A DNA stretch of 64,000 nt, from NCBI GenBank assembly GCA_017542055.1, contig JAFXXW010000009.1, forward strand, positions 2,204 to 66,203. Reading direction: 5' to 3'. Source of the DNA: Kiritimatiellia bacterium. Lineage in GTDB: Bacteria; Verrucomicrobiota; Kiritimatiellia; RFP12; UBA1067. Positions 10,565 to 19,700 of the stretch are shown one piece after another. Each line of letters starts with the position of its first letter. Within the stretch, counting starts at the first letter, position 1. Position numbers and translations under genes: made by a program. The notes under the pieces are model-generated. The model did not search any database. It was not told where the DNA came from and was given only the letters and a program-made list of their open reading frames with translations.

Positions 10565-11713
10565 TTAATCCTCGGCATACGCCCCGAGGAAGGTGAAATG
10601 TTCGATTTCCGGATCGTCCGCCAGTTCCGCCAACAGCCGCAGCACCTGCTCGTCGCGCGGCGAGGCGTCGAAATCGAAAATGAAGCGGAATTCGAAATCC
10701 ATCCCCGGAATGGGCCGCGACTCCAGCTTGGTGATGTTGACCCCGATGGCCGCGAACTTGGAAAGGATGGTGGCCAGCGATCCCGGCCGGTGCGGCAGCG
10801 AGAGCATGATGGAGAACTTGCGCGCCACCGGATAGATCTCGAGCTTTTTGGAGATGCAGATGAATCGCGTGTAGTTGTAGCTCTCGTCCTGGATGTTGTC
10901 CGCGAGAATGTCCAGCCCGTACAACTCCGCGCAAGCCCGGGAGGCGATCACGGCGAGGTCCGTCCGGCCGCTCGCCGCCAAATCCTTGGCCGCCACCGCC
11001 GTGTTGATGTCCGCCGTGGCCTGCCAGTCCGGATGCGCCTTCAGATACTTGCTGCACTGCGCCAGCGCCTGGGGATGGCTCTTGACCGCCTTGATCTCCG
11101 CCAGCTTGGCCCCGCGCACCCCGAGGAGCACGTGGTTGACCTTGAGCCGGAGCGACTTCACGATGCGGAAATCGTGCTTGACCATCTGGTCGTACACCTG
11201 GGTCACCGTGCCCGCCGCCGAATTCTCCACCGGCAACACCCCGTAAGGCGCTTCGCCCCGGTCCACGGCGTCGAACACCTTCTCGAAGCCGGACACGTAC
11301 TTGATGGTGGGATAGCTGAACAGCTGGCTCACCGCCTGTTGCGCGTAAGAGCCCTCCACGCCCGAGCAGACCACCTCGGCGATGGTGGGGAATTTGTTGG
11401 CCGTCGTGGCCATGGCCGACTTGATTTCGCCCACCAGCTCCGGCTCTCCCCGCACGACTATGCGCTGGCGCGCGCGTGAAATGGACATCAGCGTGGAAAA
11501 GAGCAGACACGCCCCGTTTTCGTACTCGGGACCCACTTCCCGCGCCACTTTGGCGAGGATTTCGCGTTCGCGCGCGGGATCGAACACCGGCGCTCCGCGC
11601 TCTTTTTTGTTGGCCGCCACCTGCTCCACGATGCTCAGCCGCTGGCGAATCAATTTCACCAGTTCGGCGTCGATCGTGTCGATTTCGCGTCTGATTTCTG
11701 CTAGGTCTTTCAC
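10565..11713 (-). CDS. pheA: Bifunctional chorismate mutase / prephenate dehydratase (P-protein)
   Basis: The N-terminal LAEIRREIDTIDAELVKLIRQRLSIVEQVAANK is CM type 2. It is followed by a PDT domain (YGVLPVENSAAGTV) and an ACT domain (LPHRPGSLATILSKFA...NITKLESRP). I chose GTG at 11713, which has GGAGA 7 nt upstream. The listed start 11839 would run over the promoter. Confidence 0.8.
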   Translation of the reverse strand: MKDLAEIRREIDTIDAELVKLIRQRLSIVEQVAANKKERGAPVFDPAREREILAKVAREVGPEYENGACLLFSTLMSISRARQRIVVRGEPELVGEIKSAMATTANKFPTIAEVVCSGVEGSYAQQAVSQLFSYPTIKYVSGFEKVFDAVDRGEAPYGVLPVENSAAGTVTQVYDQMVKHDFRIVKSLRLKVNHVLLGVRGAKLAEIKAVKSHPQALAQCSKYLKAHPDWQATADINTAVAAKDLAASGRTDLAVIASRACAELYGLDILADNIQDESYNYTRFICISKKLEIYPVARKFSIMLSLPHRPGSLATILSKFAAIGVNITKLESRPIPGMDFEFRFIFDFDASPRDEQVLRLLAELADDPEIEHFTFLGAYAED

Positions 11714-11746
11714 TTTTTCTCCGTCTTTTCCGCTGTTTGGTCTGTT

Positions 11747-11775
11747 ATTATACCATATTCCGCCCGAAAAATCAA
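11747..11775 (-). promoter_or_regulatory. Sigma70-type promoter of the pheA-leu-tyrA-aro operon
   Basis: Minus strand reads cgcTTGATTtttcgggcggaatatggTATAATaa, with -35 TTGATT (11775-11770), a 17 nt spacer, TGn-extended -10 TATAAT (11752-11747) and a T-tract upstream of the -35. Confidence 0.7.
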
Positions 11776-11808
11776 GCGAAAACCGCAAACAATCGCCCGG
11801 TTTCCTTT

Positions 11809-12837
11809 TTACTTGGCGGAATGGGAGACGACGGTGCAACCGGTGGAAGTGACCTGTACGAGGTCTTCGATGCGCACGCCGAGCTTGCCCTCGAGATAGA
11901 TGCCGGGCTCGATGGTTACGAACATGCCGGGCAGGAGTTTCATCTTGCTCTTGCTGCTGGCGTTGGGCGCTTCGTGCACCTGGTAGCCCACGCCGTGGCC
12001 GAGGCTGTGCCCGAACGCCTTGCCGTAGCCGGCTTTCGCGATGTGGTCGCGCGCGATCTTGTCCAGCGCCTTGCCGGTCATGCCGGGCCTCAGTCCAGCA
12101 ATCGCCTTTTCGTTGGCTTCAAGCACGATCTTGTATATCTTGCGGTAGAGTCCGCGCACCGTCTTGGGCACGATATTGCGCGTCATGTCGGCGCAGACGC
12201 CGTCCAGCTTGACGCCCATATCCACCAGCACCGGCTCCTTGCCGTTCCACACCGTATCGTCCGGCACATGATGGCACTCGGCCGCGTGCTTGCCCACGCA
12301 GACTATGGTGGCGAACGCCTCGCCGTCGCCATGCTCCACCATGAGCACCTGGATTACCCGCGCCATTTCGCGCTCGGTCATGCCGGGACGGATCCGCTCC
12401 TGGGCGAGACTCCAGATCTTGTCGTTCAGCGCCTCCACCGCGCGCAGCTTTTCGATCTCCTCCGGCGTCTTGACGGCGCGCAGCTCCTTGATCTTGGGCT
12501 CCACGTCCACGAACTCCACCCCGGGATGCGCCTTCTGCAGGGCGAGGAAGCGCGCATGGCTCATGGACGGCTCGTAGCCCGCCCGCTTGCCCGGGAAGAC
12601 CACCTTCTTGATGTCCTTCACCTTCAACTCCGGCGCCACGCGATGCACCATCGGCACGTAGCGGAAGTCGGTGTAGAAGATCGGCGGCGCGTCCGGCAGC
12701 ACCACGAGACAGGCGTTGTCGCATTCGATGCCGGTGAGCGCGCGGACGTTGAATTCGTCGTAGACGAGCGCCGCCGAGAGTTGCTCCTCCTGGAGGTAGC
12801 GGGCGAATTGTTCGAGTCGATGCAGTTTGGGATTCAT
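11809..12837 (-). CDS. M24-family Xaa-Pro aminopeptidase/dipeptidase
   Basis: 342 aa with VLVDMGVKLDGVCADMTRN, FGHSLGHGVGYQVHE and VTIEPGIY...GVRIEDLV, the metal ligands of the M24B pita-bread fold. The RBS AGGAG lies inside the end of the preceding gene. Confidence 0.8.
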   Translation of the reverse strand: MNPKLHRLEQFARYLQEEQLSAALVYDEFNVRALTGIECDNACLVVLPDAPPIFYTDFRYVPMVHRVAPELKVKDIKKVVFPGKRAGYEPSMSHARFLALQKAHPGVEFVDVEPKIKELRAVKTPEEIEKLRAVEALNDKIWSLAQERIRPGMTEREMARVIQVLMVEHGDGEAFATIVCVGKHAAECHHVPDDTVWNGKEPVLVDMGVKLDGVCADMTRNIVPKTVRGLYRKIYKIVLEANEKAIAGLRPGMTGKALDKIARDHIAKAGYGKAFGHSLGHGVGYQVHEAPNASSKSKMKLLPGMFVTIEPGIYLEGKLGVRIEDLVQVTSTGCTVVSHSAK

Positions 12838-12842
12838 GTTTT

Positions 12843-13019
12843 CTACTCCTGGATTTCCAATTTGAAAATAAGCGGATGGTTGGCGCGATAGGCGTTGAGC
12901 GCGGCGAGACGCGGGGCGATGCCCTCGACGAAGATGCAGAGGACCGTCACCACCATCGCCACGCAGAGCATGCCGAGGGCGAGTTCCGTCAAGGCTTGGC
13001 CTTTGCGGTTAGTGACCAT
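12843..13019 (-). CDS. Small TadE-like pseudopilin (58 aa)
   Basis: Internal ATG of ORF 12843..13175: MVTNRKGQALTELALGMLCVAMVVTVLCIF. It has the TadE-type RKGQALxE N-terminal motif plus one hydrophobic helix. Overlaps the upstream gene end by 11 nt. Confidence 0.5.
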   Translation of the reverse strand: MVTNRKGQALTELALGMLCVAMVVTVLCIFVEGIAPRLAALNAYRANHPLIFKLEIQE

Positions 13020-14280
13020 GCGCCACGCCGCTCCCCATCGGCCGGCCGCCGCCTCCGCGACGACACGTTTTCTTGTTCCATTTGAGCCACCAGACGCCGT
13101 GTTTGCGGAACGCGGCGCGGTCCCACGTCTTGAGCAGTTTGCACCACTCGCACTTGTCGGCGTGGAGGCGGCCATGGTCGAGATACTCCGGCACGTGCAA
13201 TCGCACGTGGACGAGCCAGTCGTAATCGTCCATCGTGTTGCAGCAACCCGACACGGTCCCTAGCGGCACCAGCCGCGCGAACCGGAAGACGGGAAGCACG
13301 AAGCCCTTGGGGTCCAGCACGCCGAACGGCCGGGCCACCGACATCCAGCCGCAAGTGGAGCACGCGGACGCGCAGCCTTGGAAGTCGTACTCGGGCTTGG
13401 GCGCGCCGACCGCCGGAAAGCCGTTCTTGATGAGACTCCATTCGCCCATGAAGCCGCCGCTGAAGAAAAACCAGTACTGGTTGGGGTCGCTCGCCATATC
13501 CTCGTTGTAGCCGGGATCGATGCGGGCAAGCTCCTCCTTGGTGTAGACGTCGGTCAGCGCGCACTGGCGCACCTGGAGCCGGAGCGAGAAAAATTCGCAA
13601 TTGAGCGTGTCGACAACGTCCTTGAGATCCAGCTCCGGCCAGTCGTGGAAGTCGCGGTAGTTCTGGAGATAGTCGTAGGCGTTGAAATAGAACCAGCACC
13701 AGTCCCGGGCGGCTACGGCGTCGTAAAAAGCGTGCTCGGTCAGGATGTGGTCGCCGAAATGGCAGAACGACAAGTTGGCGCAGCCCATGTACCGGGCGGC
13801 GCCGGCGGCCTCGTAGAGCTTGTCCACGTATTCGCCCCAGGCGCCGGGGTAGGACGGCTCGTAGGGGAAGCCCTGCTCGTACACTTCCACCACCTGGCGC
13901 GCATGGTCCATCAAAATGCGCCAGGCGGCGTTGTTGTCGTCCAATTCCTTGGGCGCGAGCCCCATCTCCCCCGCCACCGCCTGGCCCGCGATATAGGCGT
14001 CGAGGGGGCCCAAGAGGCAAAGCTGGCGCTGCCGGAGGACGATTTCGTCCACCTTGGCGCCGAGCAAAGGATGCAGCTCCAGGTGCTCGAGGTTGAGCCG
14101 GCCGATTTCGTTGATGAGTTCTCCTTGGTACTGCGCCACCTTGACCGAGGCGGCGTCGATGGCGTTCTGCTTGAGCATTTTCCCGGCGAAGAAGGTGTAG
14201 AAGCGATAACTGGCCAGGGAGAGGAGCACGATCCCCACCAGCGCCATCGCCAGAAAAACCGCCACCTGTCCGCGTTTCAT
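13009..14280 (-). CDS. TadG-like (Tad_N type) membrane-anchored protein with Trp/Tyr/Cys-rich C-terminal domain of unknown function
   Basis: ATG at 14280 (ATGA overlap with the upstream stop): MKRGQVAVFLAMALVGIVLLSL...KQNAIDAASVKVAQ resembles the TadE/G-like N-terminus. The remainder (DWCWFYFNAYDYLQNY, GCASACSTCGW, GCCNTMDDYDW, DKCEWCKLLK) matches nothing I recognise. Confidence 0.5.
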   Translation of the reverse strand: MKRGQVAVFLAMALVGIVLLSLASYRFYTFFAGKMLKQNAIDAASVKVAQYQGELINEIGRLNLEHLELHPLLGAKVDEIVLRQRQLCLLGPLDAYIAGQAVAGEMGLAPKELDDNNAAWRILMDHARQVVEVYEQGFPYEPSYPGAWGEYVDKLYEAAGAARYMGCANLSFCHFGDHILTEHAFYDAVAARDWCWFYFNAYDYLQNYRDFHDWPELDLKDVVDTLNCEFFSLRLQVRQCALTDVYTKEELARIDPGYNEDMASDPNQYWFFFSGGFMGEWSLIKNGFPAVGAPKPEYDFQGCASACSTCGWMSVARPFGVLDPKGFVLPVFRFARLVPLGTVSGCCNTMDDYDWLVHVRLHVPEYLDHGRLHADKCEWCKLLKTWDRAAFRKHGVWWLKWNKKTCRRGGGGRPMGSGVAHGH

Positions 14281-14819
14281 GGCGCCGCCAGATAGTCCCG
14301 GTAATGGTTTTCGATATGCGATACGCCCGTCAGCGACACCGGGATGTCGAGAATGGCAAAGTCCATCCGCACGGAGGAGTCGTCGCCGGGCTTGACGTAA
14401 AGCGTGCGCCAATATTCGTACTCCATGAAGCCGGCCGCTTCGGACGGGGTTTCACGCCCCATGTAGAGCCGGGCCAGCTGCACCACCGTAGCCGCGCGGA
14501 GGCGGAGTTCTTCCGAGAGTTCCTCGTCGAGGAGCTCTTCGTCTTCGGCCGCGAGCTCGGGCAGGTTGGCCTCCAGTTCTTCGGCGTCGGGCCACAGCCG
14601 CGCGCCTGCCACGGTCATCACGGCCACCCGGGCCACTTTGTTGCAGACGAAATCGTTGAGCCCCACGGTGCGCGCCCGGGCCACCCGGGAGGCGGAATAC
14701 TCCAGCATGATCTTGACCGTGAGCAACCGCGCCAGGAAAAAGAGCGCGAAAAACAAGAAGGCGACGAAGAGTACGGCCACGACCGACTCCACCATCGCCT
14801 GTCCGCGCCTGAGACGCAC
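14277..14819 (-). CDS. TadE-like pseudopilin
   Basis: GTG start. (M)RLRRGQAMVESVVAVLFVAFLFFALFFL is a TadE-type N-terminus. An acidic stretch follows (AEDEELLDEELSEE). Confidence 0.55.
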   Translation of the reverse strand: MRLRRGQAMVESVVAVLFVAFLFFALFFLARLLTVKIMLEYSASRVARARTVGLNDFVCNKVARVAVMTVAGARLWPDAEELEANLPELAAEDEELLDEELSEELRLRAATVVQLARLYMGRETPSEAAGFMEYEYWRTLYVKPGDDSSVRMDFAILDIPVSLTGVSHIENHYRDYLAAP

Positions 14820-14820
14820 T

Positions 14821-15042
14821 TCAGTCCTCGCCCAGATTGCGGATGGAATCGGTGCCGACTTCCTCCACGGCCGCCTTGGCCTTTTCGCCCTCTTCGGCCG
14901 ACAACATGCTGGCGGCGCCGGCAGTCTTCTTGCCGATGGCGCGGGCGAGATAGCTGAACACCGCTATGAGCGACACCGCGATCAGGCACACGATGATGAT
15001 GTATTCCACCATCGTCTGGGCCTTGCGCATTTTCTTCATCAT
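14821..15042 (-). CDS. Flp/Fap-family pilin (73 aa)
   Basis: MMKKMRKAQTMVEYIIIVCLIAVSLIAVF carries the Flp motif (G/A)xxxxEY followed by a hydrophobic helix. Position -1 is Ala instead of Gly. RBS AAGGAAA lies upstream. Confidence 0.6.
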   Translation of the reverse strand: MMKKMRKAQTMVEYIIIVCLIAVSLIAVFSYLARAIGKKTAGAASMLSAEEGEKAKAAVEEVGTDSIRNLGED

Positions 15043-15057
15043 GGTTGTTTTCCTTTC

Positions 15058-15201
15058 TTAAGGCACGCCCGCCGAGAGCAGCGCCACCGTTTCGGTTTCG
15101 TGACGGTAGACGGCGCGGAAAAAATACGCGAAGACGACCGACAGCATCAGCATGCCCGCCAGCACCAACACGTATTCCACCATCGTCTGTCCCGTGCGCA
15201 T
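15058..15201 (-). CDS. Flp/Fap-family pilin (47 aa), not in ORF track
   Basis: My translation reads MRTGQTMVEYVLVLAGMLMLSVVFAYFFRAVYRHETETVALLSAGVP*. It has the G|QTMVEY Flp motif after a 4-residue leader and shares the QTMVEY core with the 73 aa paralogue. Confidence 0.55.
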   Translation of the reverse strand: MRTGQTMVEYVLVLAGMLMLSVVFAYFFRAVYRHETETVALLSAGVP

Positions 15202-15216
15202 GGATGGGTTTTCCGG

Positions 15217-16647
15217 TTACTTGAACATCTGCATGGAGATCGCGCCGGCCACGGCGCTGACCACCGACGAAATCGCGTTGAGCTCGTCGGCCGATACGCG
15301 CAGCACGAAGGCGTAGTCGTCCGCGTCGCGCCAGGCGGCTCCGGCCACGGCGCCGTTCTGGTTGTCGGCGAAAGCCATCATGACGGCGCGGATGGTGGGC
15401 TTCACGTCGTCCGGCGCGGCGGCCAGCACGTCCGGCGCCACCGCCCGGATGATGCCGTAGGGCGAGGAGACGGCGGCCGCGTTGAGCGAGCGGCCCTGCA
15501 CCTCCGGCAGAATTCTGGCCAGCTTGGCCGAAGGCGAAACCGGCGCCGGGCGGTTCTTGACGGAAAACGCCATGCCCCAGGGACGGTATTCGTGGCCGGG
15601 CTGGATCTGGTCCGCCTTGGCGGCGATGGCGTCGATCTCCGCCTGGAAAGTCTTATCGTCGAAGGTAGGCTGCTCCGCCTCGTCCTGGAGGTAGCCGATC
15701 AGCGACACAGTGTCGAGCTCCAGCAGGAGATTGTCGCCCTGCCTTTCGCGCTTGAGCCACGAAAGATCCAGCCGGTTGCGTTCGGCGCTGGCCAGCATTT
15801 CCCGGACGAGCTCGCCCGCCCGGTCGAACGCGGGGCCGTCCACCATCGTCACGCTCGCCGACTGGGCGCCGGCCGGGGCGAAAGCAAGCACGTCGCCCGT
15901 CAACGGCGAAACGCTCATGCGGTCGAATTCGCTGCCGGGCCGGACGCGGATGGCGCCATGCAGATCCACCCCGAGATCGTTGACCAGGAGTGCCAGCTTG
16001 ATGCCGTCCATGTCTTTGATATACTCGAGCGCGTCGTCCATGTCTTCGTCGAAGTTTTCGTCGCAGAAGCGCTGGGCGGCCGCCTCCATCCGGCGCATGC
16101 AGGCACGGGTCAACTCGAGCTGGACGAGATCGCCCGCCATCTCAGACCGGGCCGCGGGAAATTCCCCGGCCGCCAATTGAGCAATTTCGCGGCTTTCGGC
16201 CACCGCCACCCACTGCCCGTCCTCCGAAAAAATCGCATACTTGGGCTTGCCGTTTTCGGCCTCGATATACTTGACGATGCCGTCGCGCTCGCGCGACTTG
16301 AACTGCTTGGCGCAGAATTGCGCTTTGTTCAGCGTGGTCGGCAGCACCAAGGCCGCCTCCAAGTCGTCATCGTTGATTTCGGCGTCCGCTTTGGCGGTGT
16401 CGAGATAGGCCAAGAGCAGAATGGGGGCGTCGATCCGGCATTCGCCCAGCTCCTGTTCCACGGCTTCGCTCATGACCGCGATGCCCACCACCACGCCCAA
16501 GGGGTAATTGACGAATTCGCCCACCTTGGTGGCGGCTTGCACGAGCTGCGCGCGTCCTGTCGCCTTGATCGAACCCATCTTTTCCGGTACCGCGAAGGTC
16601 GCGGACGCCAGGCACAACGCCGCCAGCAGCGGCGCAAACTTTTTCAT
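15217..16647 (-). CDS. Secreted protein of unknown function (476 aa)
   Basis: Signal peptide MKKFAPLLAALCLASATFA. AAGGAG RBS lies 7 nt upstream of the ATG. First gene after the promoter at 16678-16706. I recognise no domain. Confidence 0.6.
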   Translation of the reverse strand: MKKFAPLLAALCLASATFAVPEKMGSIKATGRAQLVQAATKVGEFVNYPLGVVVGIAVMSEAVEQELGECRIDAPILLLAYLDTAKADAEINDDDLEAALVLPTTLNKAQFCAKQFKSRERDGIVKYIEAENGKPKYAIFSEDGQWVAVAESREIAQLAAGEFPAARSEMAGDLVQLELTRACMRRMEAAAQRFCDENFDEDMDDALEYIKDMDGIKLALLVNDLGVDLHGAIRVRPGSEFDRMSVSPLTGDVLAFAPAGAQSASVTMVDGPAFDRAGELVREMLASAERNRLDLSWLKRERQGDNLLLELDTVSLIGYLQDEAEQPTFDDKTFQAEIDAIAAKADQIQPGHEYRPWGMAFSVKNRPAPVSPSAKLARILPEVQGRSLNAAAVSSPYGIIRAVAPDVLAAAPDDVKPTIRAVMMAFADNQNGAVAGAAWRDADDYAFVLRVSADELNAISSVVSAVAGAISMQMFK

Positions 16648-16677
16648 ACGAGACTCCTTTTGTGCGATTTAGCGTCT

Positions 16678-16706
16678 ATTATATCATATTTCCGGAGATT
16701 TTTCAA
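16678..16706 (-). promoter_or_regulatory. Sigma70-type promoter of the Flp/Tad-like operon
   Basis: Minus strand reads ccgTTGAAAaatctccggaaatatgaTATAATaga, with -35 TTGAAA, a 17 nt spacer and TGA-extended TATAAT. A ~30 nt leader carries AAGGAG. Confidence 0.7.
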
Positions 16707-16727
16707 CGGAAAAATGGAAAAAACGCG

Positions 16728-19700
16728 TCAGTCGTCCGCCAGCAAGATGGCCGGGATGAAGCAAAACGCGAGCGCGTGATCGTTCAGATAGCGCACGGTG
16801 ACTTCGATGTCGCGGCCTTTGAAATTGTGGAAAGCGTCCAGCCAGCCGCCATAGAGGCGCATCGACAGTTTGCAGGTCTCGGCGTTGTAGGCCACCACCC
16901 GCATATCCTTGGGCGAATAGCGGATGCCCACGCCGAGCGCCTTGGAAACGGCCTCCTTGGCGCACCAGAAGCGGATGATGGTCTGGGCGGGATTGAGCGC
17001 GTGCGCGGCGAGGTCGAGCTCTACGGGATTGAAGACGCCGGCGGTGAAGTCTTCGGAGAGATTGCGGGTGGCGTTTTCCACGTCCACGCCGATCTTGACG
17101 TTGGCGCCCGCGAGGGCGATTACGAACTGGGCGGTGTGGGCGATGGCGATGTCCAGCTTGGCGGAGAGGAAGTCCAGCCACTCGCCGATGGCGTAGGGCT
17201 TGCCCATGTCGTTGGTGCAGATGGTCACGTCCGCGTAGCTCCACCGCGCCTGGTAGTAGTCCTTGAGGAAGCGCCGCACGGCCTCCTTGGCGGCGATGCG
17301 CCCGAAAAGCCACTCGGTGCGGCGCGCGGTGACCCCGGTTTTCTTGGCGAAGGTGCGGCGCTCGATGTCCGACAGGACGATATGCGAAAACGTCTTGAGC
17401 CACACTTCCTCGTCGCGCTCGAAAAGTTCGTAAGGGATGCCGGTGATGTAGGCCGCGCTGACGTCTGCCGGGGGCGCGCCGAGCGTCTCCTTGGACATGT
17501 CCTGCGAGATGAAGCTGGTGGCCGGCTGCATGACGAGCTGCTGGTAGCCGGGCGGAATGCGCTGCGAATACTCTTCCCAGCCGTCGATCGTCATGAGCGC
17601 GGTGCCGTTGCCGTCGGACACGACGATGTCGCACAGCTGGCTCTTGGGGGTGACGCCCGTCAGGCGCAGATAGCAGCGGAGATTCTGGTCTTCCTTGGGG
17701 GGCGCGTTATGGAATTCGATCTTCCGCACCTTGAAGGGAAACGACCAGGCGCCCGCGAAACGTTCGTGCGACCGCCACAACCGGAAGCCGTTGGTGATCG
17801 TCTCCAAAAGAAGCGGATTGACCTGCCACAGGGGGAACAGCGTGTGGCCCACGCAACCGGCCAGTTTGGGCACCGTAAGTTCGTAATCGAGTCCCGTTTC
17901 CGACCACGCCCCCACGAATTTGATGGCGCGTAGCCGCGCGCCGCAGCTCAGCCGCCCGGGATAGATGTCGCGACCGGCCCAGTGGACCGAGCGCGGTTTC
18001 AGGAGCTGCTCCGGCATGGCGGGGACGGGATCGCCGAACTGCTTGGCGAACGTGAACACGCCATCCATCACCGGCCAGGTGTAGCCGGCCTTGCCGTCGC
18101 CCGTGAACACCATGGCCTTGACCGCCATCAGATTGGCGTCGCCCGAGGCCACGCGTTCGGCCTTGAGAAAGAGCTCCAGTTCGCCGCCCTTGAATTCCAC
18201 CGTCTTGCGCGACTGCAGATCCTCGATGGATACCAGCTCGCGGTTGGGGGCGATGTAGGTGCAGAGCTCGGCCATGATTTCGGCCGCGACCGGCATGGTG
18301 AGCAAAACGAGTCCGCGCAGATTGGGGTCGGAATACGACAGCTGGCTCGTGCCCAGTGCCGAATCGGCGATGAACGGCAGTTCCGACAGCTTGAAGTTCT
18401 TGCGCATTTCGATGGACACGCCGGGCACGTGCTCGAGCGTGTCGGCGTCGGAAATGAGCGGATTCATGGCGCCGGCCTCGAACTGGCGCTGCCGGCGCGC
18501 CCGCGCTTCCATGGCGGCGGCGCGGGCGGCCACCTTGGCGATGCGGCCCTTGGGCTCGGCCAGCGGCGAGATGGAAGGCAGGAGCCCTTCCGGCGAGGCC
18601 AACGTCAGACGCGGAAAGCGACGCGAAAGCTTGAGTTCGCGCTCCTGGCGGACCTCCAGGGAAAAGGCGGAATCGAAATCGAGTTTGCGGGCGTGGCGGC
18701 GTTCGAGATACTTGCCGATGTCCACCTTGGCGCCCAACGCCGCCAATTGCGCCAACGCGTGCTGGAGCTGGAGGAGTCCGCGCCGATGGATGGAGTTGGT
18801 GGCGATGGCGGCGTGCTCGCGACCCTTGAGCGTGTCCTCCACCGCGGCCGTAATCATGCCGCGCGGTCCCACCTCCAGAAACACGCGGTAGCCGTCCGCG
18901 TACATGGTTTCGATCGTTTCGCGGAAGCGGATGGGCTTGATCCAGCGCGTCACGGTGTCTTCGCGCTGCGGCCGGATGCCCTTGGCCACCAGCGCGGCGG
19001 TGGCGCAGGAGTAGACGGGCGCGTAAGGCTCGAAACGCATCCACTTCTGGGCGAAGCGCCGGAACTCCGGCAGCAGTTTTTCGCAAGCCGGGGTGTTGAA
19101 GGGACGGTTGAGCGCCAGCTTGGAGGTTTTGACTCCATGTTCGGCCAGGATGCCCGCGATCAGTTCTTCGGCGGACTTTTCGGCCGCGTACACCTTTTGC
19201 CGGGGCGAGAGATCGTTGACCAGCCGGAAAGCGCCCGGCGGAATGCGGGCCAAGGCGGCCTCGAGATCGGCCTCGTCCTTGACGATGAGCGAAAGCATGG
19301 CGGCTTCGGGGAGGCCGGCGTGGTCCACCGCCTTGTCCACCAGCCGGTAGAGATCGCGGATGATTCCGATGCGATCCTGTCGGCCGGGATTGCGACCGAT
19401 CGAGCCGGACTCGATGAGCGAGGCCACGTCGCCCCCGGCGAATCCCACCACGCCTTCGGACTCGAGCCCGAAAAAGTTGAGGATGCGCTTTACCGCCACG
19501 CAGCCGGAATAGGTGGCCACCAGCGCCTGCGCGTACGCCCCGGAGGAAAAGATGTCGGCGTCGTGCCGGTAGTACGGGGCGGGCGGAAAGATGAAGCTCG
19601 AGGGCACGAAGTTGCCGGCGTCGCCCTTGAGCGCCTCTTCCAGCTCGTCGAAAGCCGAACGGCACTCGGGGTAGAGGTAGGCCAGATCGCGCATCATGTC

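Noticed and set aside
11714-11746. Leader-peptide attenuator or T-box upstream of the pheA-leu operon, and a SAM/T-box riboswitch upstream of metY (54906-54960).
   Set aside because: The leaders are only about 27 nt and about 50 nt long. Both are too short for those elements, and no terminator/antiterminator pairings are visible.
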